From the NCBI GenBank assembly GCA_028696375.1, contig JAQVHD010000002.1:1-35030 (forward strand): a DNA stretch of 35,030 nt, in the 5' to 3' direction. The translations under genes were made by a program, and so were the position numbers. The notes under the pieces were generated by a model. It was not told the origin of the DNA, searched no databases, and saw nothing but the letters and a program-made list of their open reading frames with translations. The stretch comes from Minisyncoccota bacterium. Lineage in GTDB: Bacteria; Patescibacteriota; Minisyncoccia; UBA6257; JAAZHW01. Below are positions 1 to 8,177 of the stretch, in pieces. Position 1 is the first letter of the stretch. Each line of letters opens with the position of its first letter.

Positions 1-1
1 G

Positions 2-42
2 GTTTTAAGTTGCAGTTTTGAGTTTTGAGCTTTGAGTTTTGG
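2..42 (+). repeat. Degenerate tandem heptamer array, about 6 units of GTTTTGA (gttttaa gttgca gttttga gttttga gctttga gttttgg)
   Basis: Read directly; 7-nt periodicity. It lies upstream of the nuclease promoter and is related to the arrays at 7533-7560 and 23377-23404. Confidence 0.6.
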
Positions 43-60
43 CTTATTATTTTTTAATTT

Positions 61-89
61 TTGACTTTTGATTTTTGACTTTTTATAAT
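61..89 (+). promoter_or_regulatory. Sigma70-type promoter TTGACT(61-66)-17 nt-TATAAT(84-89); ATG at 96 is 6 nt after the -10, so the mRNA is probably leaderless
   Basis: Both hexamers are consensus with 17-nt spacing, and there is no SD sequence before the ATG. Confidence 0.55.
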
Positions 90-95
90 GCATTT

Positions 96-1271
96 ATGCA
101 TACTTCTTATACTTATTTGGAAATATTTGAAAATTGCCCGAAACGATATGAATTTCAAATTATCGACAAAATACAAGTCCCTAAAACAAAAGAACAATTT
201 TTTGGTACTATTCTTCACAAGTGTTTGAAATTTTTATTCAGTAAAGCGCCTCTTTACCCTACATTTGATGAACTGATGGATTATTTTACTATTCAATGGA
301 AAGAAGCAGACAAATTGAAATGGCGTGACGAAAAACAAAAAGAAATGTTTTTTAATGAAGGAAAAAGAATCCTCGAGGATTTTTATAAAAAGAATATCCC
401 CTCTTTATCGATTCCCCTAGATCTAGAGAGTCGCTTTGAAGTTGAAATTGAAGATGAAGAAAATAATACCATTCATACCCTAGCTGGTTATATTGATCGC
501 GTAGATAAAAGAGATGATAACAAATTTGAAATTATTGACTATAAAACTGCTCAGAAAATGCCTGGTCAAAGTGCTTTAAGAAATAGTCTTCAGCTTTCGA
601 TTTATACCTTGGGGTTTTTTAAAAAATGGCCTAATTTGACAGATTTAGATAATGTTGTTTTAACTCTCTACTTTTTGAAACACGGCGAAAAACTTTCTGA
701 TCGTCAAACAGCTGAGGAAATTGCTCATACAAAAGAACGAGTTTTAAAAGATATTCACGAGATCGAAAAGAACTATTTCCCTCCTATCCCCTCTCCTCTT
801 TGCTCCTATTGTCCTTATCGCAAAATTTGTCCAATGTGGTCTCATCTTTATAAAAAAGAAGAGAATACTCCCGAAGAAAAAGAGATAAATGGATTAATCA
901 AAGAATATTTTGCTGCCAAAGAGAAAATTAATCAACAAAAAGAAAAGCTTAATCTTATAAAAAAACAGATTAATGATTATGCAACAAAAAAGGGATTAGA
1001 GAGAATTTTTGGAGAAGACGGCTATTTTGCTTATCAAAATCAAATCATCAAAGACTACGACACAGAACAATTGAAACAATTACTTATTAGTGCCGGGTTA
1101 TGGCAGGATGTCTCTGTTTTAGATAAAAAAAGATTGGATAAACTACTTAAACGGTTGCCCCCCGAATTAATTAAACAAATTGAAACTTTAGAGAAAACAA
1201 AAAACCGCAAAATTTTAAAAGCAGTTAAAAAAGATATTGATATTATAAAAAGCGAATTAAAGGAAGATTAA
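96..1271 (+). CDS. PD-(D/E)XK nuclease, Cas4/AddB-like, with a 4-Cys (Fe-S type) cluster and a Lys/Glu-rich C-terminal extension of about 130 aa
   Basis: The ORF track starts at TTG 75; I prefer ATG 96 (MHTSYTYLEIFENCPKRYEF). Motifs: N-terminal Cys (ENCPKRY), GYIDRVD, EIIDYK (D/ExK), QLSIY, and C-terminal CSYCPYRKIC, which matches CX2CX5C. Confidence 0.8.
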   Translation: MHTSYTYLEIFENCPKRYEFQIIDKIQVPKTKEQFFGTILHKCLKFLFSKAPLYPTFDELMDYFTIQWKEADKLKWRDEKQKEMFFNEGKRILEDFYKKNIPSLSIPLDLESRFEVEIEDEENNTIHTLAGYIDRVDKRDDNKFEIIDYKTAQKMPGQSALRNSLQLSIYTLGFFKKWPNLTDLDNVVLTLYFLKHGEKLSDRQTAEEIAHTKERVLKDIHEIEKNYFPPIPSPLCSYCPYRKICPMWSHLYKKEENTPEEKEINGLIKEYFAAKEKINQQKEKLNLIKKQINDYATKKGLERIFGEDGYFAYQNQIIKDYDTEQLKQLLISAGLWQDVSVLDKKRLDKLLKRLPPELIKQIETLEKTKNRKILKAVKKDIDIIKSELKED

Positions 1272-1423
1272 TTAGAACACTTTTCGATAACAATAGGCAC
1301 TTTTTGAACAAAATGAGTGGCTGTTAAATAGCCAAGAGCGAAGCTTGTGGTAACAATCAAAAAAACAAATATAGCTACAATAATCTCTCTTTTGTTTTTT
1401 TCGAAAACATTTTTAGGTTGCAT
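1268..1423 (-). CDS. Possible 51-aa single-pass membrane protein (MQPKNVFEKNKREIIVAIFVFLIVTTSFALGYLTATHFVQKVPIVIEKCSN)
   Basis: My own translation; the ORF is below the track's size cutoff. It has an ATG start, a TAA stop and one clear hydrophobic helix, and fills an otherwise empty 218-nt gap. No SD and no homology recognised. Confidence 0.3.
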   Translation of the reverse strand: MQPKNVFEKNKREIIVAIFVFLIVTTSFALGYLTATHFVQKVPIVIEKCSN

Positions 1424-1489
1424 TTTTTTAAAAAATTTTTAAAATATTAGCTGATAAATAAATTGTCGTCTTAGATTAATTTTTATTTT

Positions 1490-1762
1490 ATGGCTCATAC
1501 TCAATCAGGAGGTTCAACTAAATTAGGAAGGGACTCTGAATCTAAGCGCTTAGGCGTTAAAATTTTTGGTGGTCAAAAAGCCAAAAAGGGTGCAATTATC
1601 GTTCGGCAAAGAGGCACCAGGATTCGAGCTGGTAAAAACGTGGGAATGGGAAAAGATTATACACTTTATGCGCTTAAAGATGGCACAGTTCGATTTAGTG
1701 AGAAACAAAAGGTTCATTTTGATGGCTCAAAAAAACGCGTCAAAATAGTTTCAGTAGAATAA
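1490..1762 (+). CDS. rpmA: 50S ribosomal protein L27
   Basis: [24 protein letters not shown]...IIVRQRGT is the canonical L27 N-terminus; 90 aa. Confidence 0.95.
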   Translation: MAHTQSGGSTKLGRDSESKRLGVKIFGGQKAKKGAIIVRQRGTRIRAGKNVGMGKDYTLYALKDGTVRFSEKQKVHFDGSKKRVKIVSVE

Positions 1763-1764
1763 AA

Positions 1765-2211
1765 CTATTCTGATAACACACGAATTTTTAATTCGGTCTC
1801 TATTTCGGGACTGAATTTAATTTTTATTAAATAGTCCCCCACTTTTTTAATGTGCTCTTCTAAAATAATCTGTTTTTCGTCCAATTTGAAACCTGTTTTT
1901 TGTTCCAATTGTTTAATAATGTCCTCTTTCTTCACTGAACCAAAGGTCTTGCCACTTTTATCAGTTTTTAGCTTAAACTCGAGGGGGGTGTCTTTAATTT
2001 TTTCAACCCATTCTTTAAATATTTTCTGCTCCTCCTCTTTTCTTATCTCTTTTTGTTTTTTCAAGTTTTCAATCTCTTTTATTTTTTGAGGCGTAGCCGC
2101 TACAGCTAATTTTTTAGGAATCAAAAAATTGATAGCATAACCATCCGCAACATTCTTGACTTCATATTTTTTTCCTAATTTAGGAATACTTTCTAAAAGA
2201 ATAATTTTCAT
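1765..2211 (-). CDS. rplI: 50S ribosomal protein L9
   Basis: MKIILLESIPKLGKKYEVKNVADGYAINFLIPKKLA is a typical L9 N-domain; 148 aa. It starts 3 nt after the ctp stop. Confidence 0.9.
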   Translation of the reverse strand: MKIILLESIPKLGKKYEVKNVADGYAINFLIPKKLAVAATPQKIKEIENLKKQKEIRKEEEQKIFKEWVEKIKDTPLEFKLKTDKSGKTFGSVKKEDIIKQLEQKTGFKLDEKQIILEEHIKKVGDYLIKIKFSPEIETELKIRVLSE

Positions 2212-2213
2212 AA

Positions 2214-3560
2214 TTAACCTCTTAATTCATTTTTTAAAATTTCTATTGCTTTATCCAATTGAGGATCTTGATTGGCCTCCCATTGTTCCTCAGTCAGATT
2301 TACTTCATAATCTGGACTGATTCCTACATCATTTATAGCCGTGCCGTTGGGCGTTAGCCACTCCGCAATAGTAATTTTAAGCATTGAATTGTCTGCAAGA
2401 GGTAGAAGTGTTTGAACCGAACCCTTTCCAAAGGTCTTCATTCCGATAATTTTAATGTTGCGATTGTCTCTTAAGGCGCCGGCTAAAATTTCAGAAGCTG
2501 AAGCTGTGCCTTCATTGGTGAGAATAACCACGGGTAAATTAAGCAATGCTTGGTTGCCAGAAGCACGAAACAGCTTTTCTCGATTATCGCTCCCCCTCTC
2601 CCTTACAACAACATCTCCTCTTTTCAAAAACCAACCGGCAATATCAACCGAACTCTCTAAATAACCACCGGGGTTATTGCGCAAATCAAGAATTATGCCA
2701 GATGAATTCTTCATAATAATTTGGGTGGCCGCTCGAGCAAATTCATCAGACGCATTCTCGTTGAAATTTAATAATTCCAAATGAGCAATCCCATTATCCA
2801 GAAATGTCAATTTTACGGCCGGAACATTGATGATGTCACGGACAATAGTAAAATCTCTAGGTTCATTAAATCCCTCTCTCATTATAGTCAAAGTTACACT
2901 CGTTCCCCTATCGCCGCGAATCATTTTAACCGCATCGTCAAGAGTGAGGCTATCGGTGGACGTTTTATCAATAGCAAGAATTTTATCGCCAGCGCGTAAT
3001 CCCGCTTTCCAAGCAGGTGTATCTTCGAGAGGAGAAACAACAGTAATAGCATTATTTTTCACCCCAATTTCAATGCCAATCCCACTGAAATTTCCGCTAA
3101 CATCTTCTGTAAATTTTTTAGCATCATCAGGTTCAAAAAACACCGTATAAGGATCGCCTAAAGAATCCACCATTCCCTTAATGGCCCCATAAACCATTTT
3201 TTGATAATCAATCTGACTGGCTTTAACGTAATACTCTTCTAAATAATGCCAGGCGTCCCAAAAAAGTGAAAAGTCAACATTTTGGGGTTTGTTTGTTTCT
3301 GCGTTTTCAACCCCACGAATAAGATTAATGGAAGGATAATATTTTTTTCCTATTTCGATACCGCCAATAAAAACCGCGCCTAAAACAATAAGACAAAGAG
3401 CAATGGTGCCTCCGATTTTAAAAATCCGCCTCCAGGAAAATTTCTTTTTTTGTTGATTCGACTCGCCTGTTTTTGCCGACAAGTCAGAATTAACTTGAAC
3501 CTCTTCAGATTTATTCATGGGTAAATCCCCCAATGATTGATTTGTTTTTTTAGAATTCAT
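2214..3560 (-). CDS. ctpA: S41 family carboxyl-terminal processing peptidase with an N-terminal membrane anchor and a PDZ domain
   Basis: PDZ region (GIGIEIG...AGLRAGDKILAIDK), catalytic Ser context TNEGTASASEILAGALRD, Lys context KTFGKGSVQT, and a TM helix ALCLIVLGAVFIGGI. Confidence 0.9.
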   Translation of the reverse strand: MNSKKTNQSLGDLPMNKSEEVQVNSDLSAKTGESNQQKKKFSWRRIFKIGGTIALCLIVLGAVFIGGIEIGKKYYPSINLIRGVENAETNKPQNVDFSLFWDAWHYLEEYYVKASQIDYQKMVYGAIKGMVDSLGDPYTVFFEPDDAKKFTEDVSGNFSGIGIEIGVKNNAITVVSPLEDTPAWKAGLRAGDKILAIDKTSTDSLTLDDAVKMIRGDRGTSVTLTIMREGFNEPRDFTIVRDIINVPAVKLTFLDNGIAHLELLNFNENASDEFARAATQIIMKNSSGIILDLRNNPGGYLESSVDIAGWFLKRGDVVVRERGSDNREKLFRASGNQALLNLPVVILTNEGTASASEILAGALRDNRNIKIIGMKTFGKGSVQTLLPLADNSMLKITIAEWLTPNGTAINDVGISPDYEVNLTEEQWEANQDPQLDKAIEILKNELRG

Positions 3561-3607
3561 AGTAATAAAAATTATTATAGTCTTTTATTTCGATTTTGCA
3601 ATTTCAA

Positions 3608-4159
3608 TTATGACTGAAGAGGAAATGTTTTTAGAGGAATATAAACGGCATGCGGTTTTTGCAATTGACTTTCCATCAGGACTATCTCTTTCACTCTTAA
3701 TCGTTCTGGAAAATCAATGGGTTTGAAGTTGCATTTTATCGGTGCAAAACGAGCTAGGGTAATATGAATCTTGAAAGATCGATTTTCTTTTTCAAAATTA
3801 ATATTATTTTTTTCCAACTCTGTTTCTAAATCTCCCTTAATCTTTTTTAAGGTGAGGCAATCTTCACCATTAAGCCAGAGCATCCGACAATAATTTTCGT
3901 TGGGCGCTCCGGTAATACTATTAAAGTAAAGATCAAATGCCGAATATTGTGAAAAAACATTTTCGGCTATTTCCATAATTAAAGATAACTCATTTACAGG
4001 AATTGAACCTAAAAACAACAGGGTCAAGTGTAAATTTTCTTGTGGCGTTAAATTAGCCCGTTCCGGTAGGGAAATTTTTTTAAGAATGGCCACAATCTTT
4101 TCTTTTAAATCATTCGGCAACTCAATAGCAAAAAAGAGTCTTGCGTAATTTGAACTCAT
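3608..4159 (-). CDS. thpR: RNA 2',3'-cyclic phosphodiesterase (2H phosphoesterase, LigT/ThpR)
   Basis: Two HxT motifs at the usual spacing: NLHLTLLFLG and KIHITLARF; 183 aa. Confidence 0.8.
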   Translation of the reverse strand: MSSNYARLFFAIELPNDLKEKIVAILKKISLPERANLTPQENLHLTLLFLGSIPVNELSLIMEIAENVFSQYSAFDLYFNSITGAPNENYCRMLWLNGEDCLTLKKIKGDLETELEKNNINFEKENRSFKIHITLARFAPIKCNFKPIDFPERLRVKEIVLMESQLQKPHAVYIPLKTFPLQS

Positions 4160-4166
4160 TATTGCT

Positions 4167-4195
4167 ATTGTAACGCTCTTTTTATTCTTTGTCCA
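4167..4195 (-). promoter_or_regulatory. Promoter TGGACA(4190-4195)-17 nt-TACAAT(4167-4172) on the minus strand; thpR ATG (4159) lies 7 nt after the -10 (leaderless type)
   Basis: Read on the reverse complement: TGGACAaagaataaaaagagcgtTACAATagcaataATG. Confidence 0.5.
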
Positions 4196-4203
4196 TTTTC
4201 GGT

Positions 4204-4209
4204 TATAAT
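4204..4209 (+). promoter_or_regulatory. -10 box TATAAT located 6 nt upstream of the priA ATG (4216); the -35 is poor
   Basis: ggtTATAATaaaactATG. It is divergent from, and overlaps, the thpR promoter region. Confidence 0.4.
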
Positions 4210-4215
4210 AAAACT

Positions 4216-6105
4216 ATGTTTTTAGTTAACGTTATTCCTATTGCCTATCTTCCCCGCTCTCAAAGCAAAAGCCTTGTCTATTTTGCCTCTCAAAAACCGG
4301 AAGTATATAGTTTAGTTTTTATTCCCTTTGGTCGAAGAAAAATGGAAGCGCTAGTTTTATCAAGCGAGGAAATTCAATCGAAAATTGCTATTAAAAAAGC
4401 CGGGTTTCAAATTAAGCCCCTCGGTAAAATCATTAATCCTCATGCCATTGTACATGAAAAACAATGGAAGTTATTTGAATGGATCTCGACTTATTATTTT
4501 GATCCACTAACATCCCTCTTAAAACAAAGCATCCCTTCCCTCAATCTGCTCAGACAAATTCATATCGAACCGCCTTCTCTTTCTTCAAAAAATTCGTCAG
4601 AAGATCTCCATCCTCAAATTTTATTCAATGATGATTTCTCTCTTTTAAAATCTTTTATTCAACAGACTTTAAATGAACAAAAACAAGTGCTCTTTCTTTT
4701 TCCCAATCAGATCAAATTAGAATATTACTGGCAAAACTTATCAGAATATCAAGATCAGATTGCCATTTACGAAAATAAAAATGCCAAAAAGTTTTTTAAA
4801 ATCTATCAAGGCGTCAACAATGGTGAAATAAAAATTGTTTTTGGAAAACGTTCGGCTCTTTTTGCCCCATTTAAAAATTTGGGGTTAATTACAGTTGTTG
4901 ATGAACAAAACTCTGGTCATGAAACAATCGAAACAAAAATTCATTATAATGCAAAGGAAGCAGCTCTCAAATTGCAGGAAATTTGGCAAGCCAGACTTAT
5001 TCTCACATCATTGAGCTCCTCAGTAGAGACGACCCTTAGAATAGATAGAGGCTCCTACAAACCATTAAACAATCCTCCTGTACCTATTAGCAACAAAATT
5101 TCTATTATCAATAATTCAAATTCCAAAGATGCTATTTTTGCCGACTCCACTCAAACAAATTTAGAATCAGCGCTCAATCAAGGATCAAAAATTTTAATTT
5201 ATAACAATCGCCGCGGCCACTCGCCAGCGCTTGTTTGCCAAACGTGCGGCTTTATCTTTCGTTGCCCTCAATGTGATACAGCCCTTGTTTACCACAAAAA
5301 TGAGACAAAAAAACTTCTTTGTCATCATTGTGGCCATACAGAAACCGCTCCAGATATTTGTCCCAATTGTCAAAGTCACCTCATCCAATTTGTTGGCATC
5401 GGTAATCAAAAAATCAATGAATATTTTAAAAATCATTTTCCCCAAATTAAAACGGCCATATTTGATTCCGATCATTTAAAGAATTTGCGCCAGGAAAAGA
5501 TGTTGTTTGATGAATTCATTAATAATAAAATTGATATTCTGATTGCGACTGAGCTTTTTTCTAAATTTTTTGATTTTGTTCCTCAGATCGATTTGGTTAT
5601 TATTCCCTCAATCGAACAAATGCTGGTCACTCCGGATTATCGCACTGAAGAGCGAATCAGAAATCTTCTCACTCTTTTTTCTCTAAAATCGCAGCAGGTA
5701 TTGGTACAAACTTTAGATCCAGAAAAAAAATGGCTTTCTCATATTCTAGAGAAGGATTTCTACCAACAGCAAATCGAAATGCGCAAAAAAACATTCTACC
5801 CACCTTTTAGTCAAATTGTTAAATTAGAAATTGCTCATTCAAAACCCGCTCAACTATTAAAATTAGCAGATTACACTTATAAACTATTAGAAAAAAATCT
5901 CACCCGCCTCTTTAAACCAAAGGATTATATTCTTTCTCGTCCTATCTCGCCCATTGTACCCAAAATCAATAACATTTATTTTAAAAATATTTACTGGAGA
6001 CTCATCGCTACTGAAGAAACTAACGTTTTATTAAAACGCAATGCGGTTTTAAAACTTCTGCCCGATGAAATCAATATTGAAATTGAACCTTTTGATCTTT
6101 TTTAA
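4216..6105 (+). CDS. priA: Primosomal protein N' (PriA) homologue with degenerate helicase/ATPase motifs
   Basis: KIVFGKRSALFAPFKNLGLITVVDEQNS aligns to PriA VIGTRSALFxPFxNLGLIxxDEEH. The Cys4+Cys4 zinc module is present: CQTCG...CPQCD...CHHCG...CPNCQ. I prefer ATG 4216 over the track's TTG 4189. Confidence 0.85.
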   Translation: MFLVNVIPIAYLPRSQSKSLVYFASQKPEVYSLVFIPFGRRKMEALVLSSEEIQSKIAIKKAGFQIKPLGKIINPHAIVHEKQWKLFEWISTYYFDPLTSLLKQSIPSLNLLRQIHIEPPSLSSKNSSEDLHPQILFNDDFSLLKSFIQQTLNEQKQVLFLFPNQIKLEYYWQNLSEYQDQIAIYENKNAKKFFKIYQGVNNGEIKIVFGKRSALFAPFKNLGLITVVDEQNSGHETIETKIHYNAKEAALKLQEIWQARLILTSLSSSVETTLRIDRGSYKPLNNPPVPISNKISIINNSNSKDAIFADSTQTNLESALNQGSKILIYNNRRGHSPALVCQTCGFIFRCPQCDTALVYHKNETKKLLCHHCGHTETAPDICPNCQSHLIQFVGIGNQKINEYFKNHFPQIKTAIFDSDHLKNLRQEKMLFDEFINNKIDILIATELFSKFFDFVPQIDLVIIPSIEQMLVTPDYRTEERIRNLLTLFSLKSQQVLVQTLDPEKKWLSHILEKDFYQQQIEMRKKTFYPPFSQIVKLEIAHSKPAQLLKLADYTYKLLEKNLTRLFKPKDYILSRPISPIVPKINNIYFKNIYWRLIATEETNVLLKRNAVLKLLPDEINIEIEPFDLF

Positions 6106-6118
6106 TTTTTGCTATACT
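6091..6118 (+). promoter_or_regulatory. Promoter with an extended -10, TGcTATACT (6110-6118), and a TTGATC-like -35; the def ATG (6126) lies 7 nt after the -10
   Basis: tTTGATCttttttaattttTGcTATACTcataattATG. It overlaps the 3' end of priA. Confidence 0.45.
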
Positions 6119-6125
6119 CATAATT

Positions 6126-6605
6126 ATGAGAATCCTATCGATATTTAATAAAAAAGATGAGCAATTTCTGCGTCAAAAAACAGCAGAAGTAATAAATCCT
6201 CAAGATCCAGCCATTAGAGAACTAATTGACACGATGAGAAACGTAATGGAAAAAAATCAGGGAGTTGGACTGGCGGCTAACCAAATTGGAAAGCCGTGGC
6301 GAATTTTTGTTGCTGAATATCAAAATCAATCTTTTGCTTTTATTAACCCAAAAATTATTAAACATTCGAGAAAAGTAAATTTGGCTGAAGAGGGCTGCCT
6401 CAGTGTCCCCCGCATTGTAGGAGTTGTTCCCCGATATGATAAAATTGTTATCGAAGGGCGTGATTTAAATAATAAAAAGTTTAAAATTAAAGCCTCAGGA
6501 ATGCTAGCTCGTATTTTCCAACACGAAACCGACCACCTCGATGGCATTCTTTTCATCGATAAAGCAAAAGAACTTTATCAGGTTAAATCATCTAAAAATG
6601 ACTAA
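6126..6605 (+). CDS. def: Peptide deformylase
   Basis: All three motifs are present: GVGLAANQIG, EGCLSVP, QHETDHLDG. Confidence 0.95.
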   Translation: MRILSIFNKKDEQFLRQKTAEVINPQDPAIRELIDTMRNVMEKNQGVGLAANQIGKPWRIFVAEYQNQSFAFINPKIIKHSRKVNLAEEGCLSVPRIVGVVPRYDKIVIEGRDLNNKKFKIKASGMLARIFQHETDHLDGILFIDKAKELYQVKSSKND

Positions 6606-7566
6606 TAATGAAGCAAAAATTGTCTTTTGGGGCACACCAAACTTTGCCGCTAAGATTCTCGAGGGTTTGATTTCCGCTCAATTTTGCCCTATTTTAGTGG
6701 TTACAGCTCCAGATAAGGTAAAAGGCCGAGGTTTGAAAAAGACCCCCTCAGAAGTCAAAAAAATCGCTAAAAAATGGGGTTTAGAAGTGGCTGAGCCGGC
6801 CAAATTGCGGCAAAATGAGGCTTTTTTGCAACAACTCCGACAATTAGACCCCGATCTTTTTATTGTAGCGGCTTACGGCAAAATTATTCCGGCTGATTAT
6901 TTAACCATCCCCAAAAAAGGCGCTCTAAATGTTCACCCTTCTCTTTTGCCACGGTGGCGTGGCCCCTCCCCCATTCAAGCAACCATCCTGGCAGGAGATA
7001 CTGAAACTGGTATTTCTATTATTTTAATGGATGAAGAAATGGACCATGGGCCCATTATCAAAAGCTCAAAGCTCAATTCTCAAATCTCAAAATTAACTTA
7101 CAGAGAATTAGAAGAAAAATGCATTGAGGAAGCAATCAAATTATTAATTGAAACATTACCTCAATGGTTAAACGGCGAAATCCAACCCATTCCTCAAGAT
7201 CACGAGAAAGCGACTTATTGCAAAATAATTAAAAAAGAAGATGGGCTGACGGATTTTAATGGGCCAGCTGAATTAATCGAAAGAAAGATTCGTGCTTTCG
7301 AAGTGTGGCCTAACGTTTATTTTCAACGCAACGGAAAAACATACAAGATTTTGGAGGCTGATATTTTTAAAGATGAAAATATTCTGAAAGACAAAACAGT
7401 TGGCGAATTTTTCTGTCTGGATAACCAACTCATTGTTAAATGCGCTGAGAAAGGCTTATTTATTAAAAAAATCCAACCAGAAAATAAAAAAGCGCTCGAT
7501 GGTTATGCATTTTGGTGCGGATACCAAAAGAAAATCTCCAATCTCAAATCTCAAATTTCAAAATGA
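6598..7566 (+). CDS. fmt: Methionyl-tRNA formyltransferase
   Basis: MTNNEAKIVFWGTPNFA...NVHPSLLPRWRGPSPIQ is typical Fmt. ATG 6598 overlaps the def stop (ATGACTAA). The track start at 6541 would add 19 non-conserved residues inside def. Confidence 0.93.
   Translation: MTNNEAKIVFWGTPNFAAKILEGLISAQFCPILVVTAPDKVKGRGLKKTPSEVKKIAKKWGLEVAEPAKLRQNEAFLQQLRQLDPDLFIVAAYGKIIPADYLTIPKKGALNVHPSLLPRWRGPSPIQATILAGDTETGISIILMDEEMDHGPIIKSSKLNSQISKLTYRELEEKCIEEAIKLLIETLPQWLNGEIQPIPQDHEKATYCKIIKKEDGLTDFNGPAELIERKIRAFEVWPNVYFQRNGKTYKILEADIFKDENILKDKTVGEFFCLDNQLIVKCAEKGLFIKKIQPENKKALDGYAFWCGYQKKISNLKSQISK
7533..7560 (+). repeat. Tandem heptamer array aatctcc aatctca aatctca aatttca (AATCTCA x4, the reverse complement of the TTTGAGA type)
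   Basis: Read directly. It overlaps the last 11 codons of fmt (SNLKSQISK-stop) and is nearly identical to the array at 23377-23404. Confidence 0.6.
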
Positions 7567-7684
7567 AGAATGTCAAAAGTTAAAATTGACGAGCAAACAA
7601 ACAATATAAATTTTCAAATCTTTCTACCCGCTCTAGCTGTCCTGCCAGCAAATTTGAAAATAAATTAATCATCATTTGTGGCTT

Positions 7685-7714
7685 TTAGAAATAAAAAACG
7701 GGAGCTGATATAGC
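7685..7714. terminator. Bidirectional rho-independent terminator hairpin (aaaaCGGGAGC tgatata GCTtCCCGtttt)
   Basis: Stem of about 7 bp with one bulge, an A-run on one side and a T-run on the other. It sits between convergent fmt (+) and the small-ORF cassette (-). Confidence 0.7.
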
Positions 7715-7733
7715 TTCCCGTTTTAATTTCTCA

Positions 7734-7952
7734 TTAAAATTTGTTGAAAATAATAGCCGCCCGGGCATAAGCTTCGCGCAGCGCTTGCGAGGGGATGTCT
7801 TTCTTACTTTCTGCTGGATCCTGAATTATAGCACCATCTTTTACCCAGTATTTTAATCTGGGTTGTTTTTTACCGTTTTTGGTTGGAACCGAGATAAAAA
7901 ATACAAGGAAATTACCAATTCGAAAACGGATTTCTTCAATTTCTGGTTTCAT
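7734..7952 (-). CDS. Hypothetical 72-aa protein (MKPEIEEIRFRIGNFLVFFISVPTKNGKKQPRLKYWVKDG...), second gene of an overlapping pair
   Basis: GGAGG (7959-7963 on minus) sits 6 nt before ATG 7952. The ORF overlaps the upstream ORF by 17 nt in another frame. The track's 115-aa version (start 8081) runs through the upstream ORF and is unlikely. Confidence 0.45.
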   Translation of the reverse strand: MKPEIEEIRFRIGNFLVFFISVPTKNGKKQPRLKYWVKDGAIIQDPAESKKDIPSQALREAYARAAIIFNKF

Positions 7953-8142
7953 CTTCATCCTCCACTCCATAAATTCTTTCAAAACATCTTTGGCACAGCT
8001 GCCCGGCACCTTCCACGTAGTACTTTCTCCAATTAATATGAGTATCTTTCGTATACTCCGTTCTGGCTCCACAGAAAACACAATGATCTTTTTCTTCCTT
8101 TTCCGTAATTTTTACTAATCTCTTTTTAAATTTTCTGAACAC
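7936..8142 (-). CDS. Hypothetical 68-aa zinc-ribbon protein (CVFC...17 aa or more...CQRC) with an acidic tail
   Basis: GTG start preceded by AAGGAGG (8148-8154) at 5-nt spacing. Two CxxC pairs: HCVFCG and LCQRCF. Confidence 0.55.
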   Translation of the reverse strand: MFRKFKKRLVKITEKEEKDHCVFCGARTEYTKDTHINWRKYYVEGAGQLCQRCFERIYGVEDEDETRN

Positions 8143-8177
8143 TTTCTCCTCCTTTTAAAAAATTTTCAAAGTCTCTG

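Noticed and set aside
2-42. CRISPR array or other spacer-repeat structure
   Set aside because: The repeats are 7-nt tandem units with no spacers. No 24-40 nt repeat with unique spacers occurs anywhere in the window.
6541-6597. The longer N-terminal extensions offered by the ORF track (fmt from 6541, mraZ from 21633, nuclease from 75, priA from 4189, membrane protein from 15997)
   Set aside because: The extensions are non-conserved, overlap the upstream gene, operator or promoter hexamers, and downstream ATGs align with the canonical family N-termini.
7063-7095. A heptamer-array-like stretch (aaagctcaaagctcaattctcaaatctcaaaa) inside fmt, considered as a repeat insertion
   Set aside because: It encodes the normal inter-domain segment of Fmt (IKSSKLNSQISKLTY) with no extra length relative to typical Fmt. 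It is probably coincidental low-complexity resemblance.
7936-8081. The 115-aa version of the second cassette ORF (start 8081)
   Set aside because: Its first 43 codons lie wholly within the better-supported zinc-ribbon ORF in another frame, and there are no start signals at 8081. The internal ATG 7952 with GGAGG at 6 nt is preferred.
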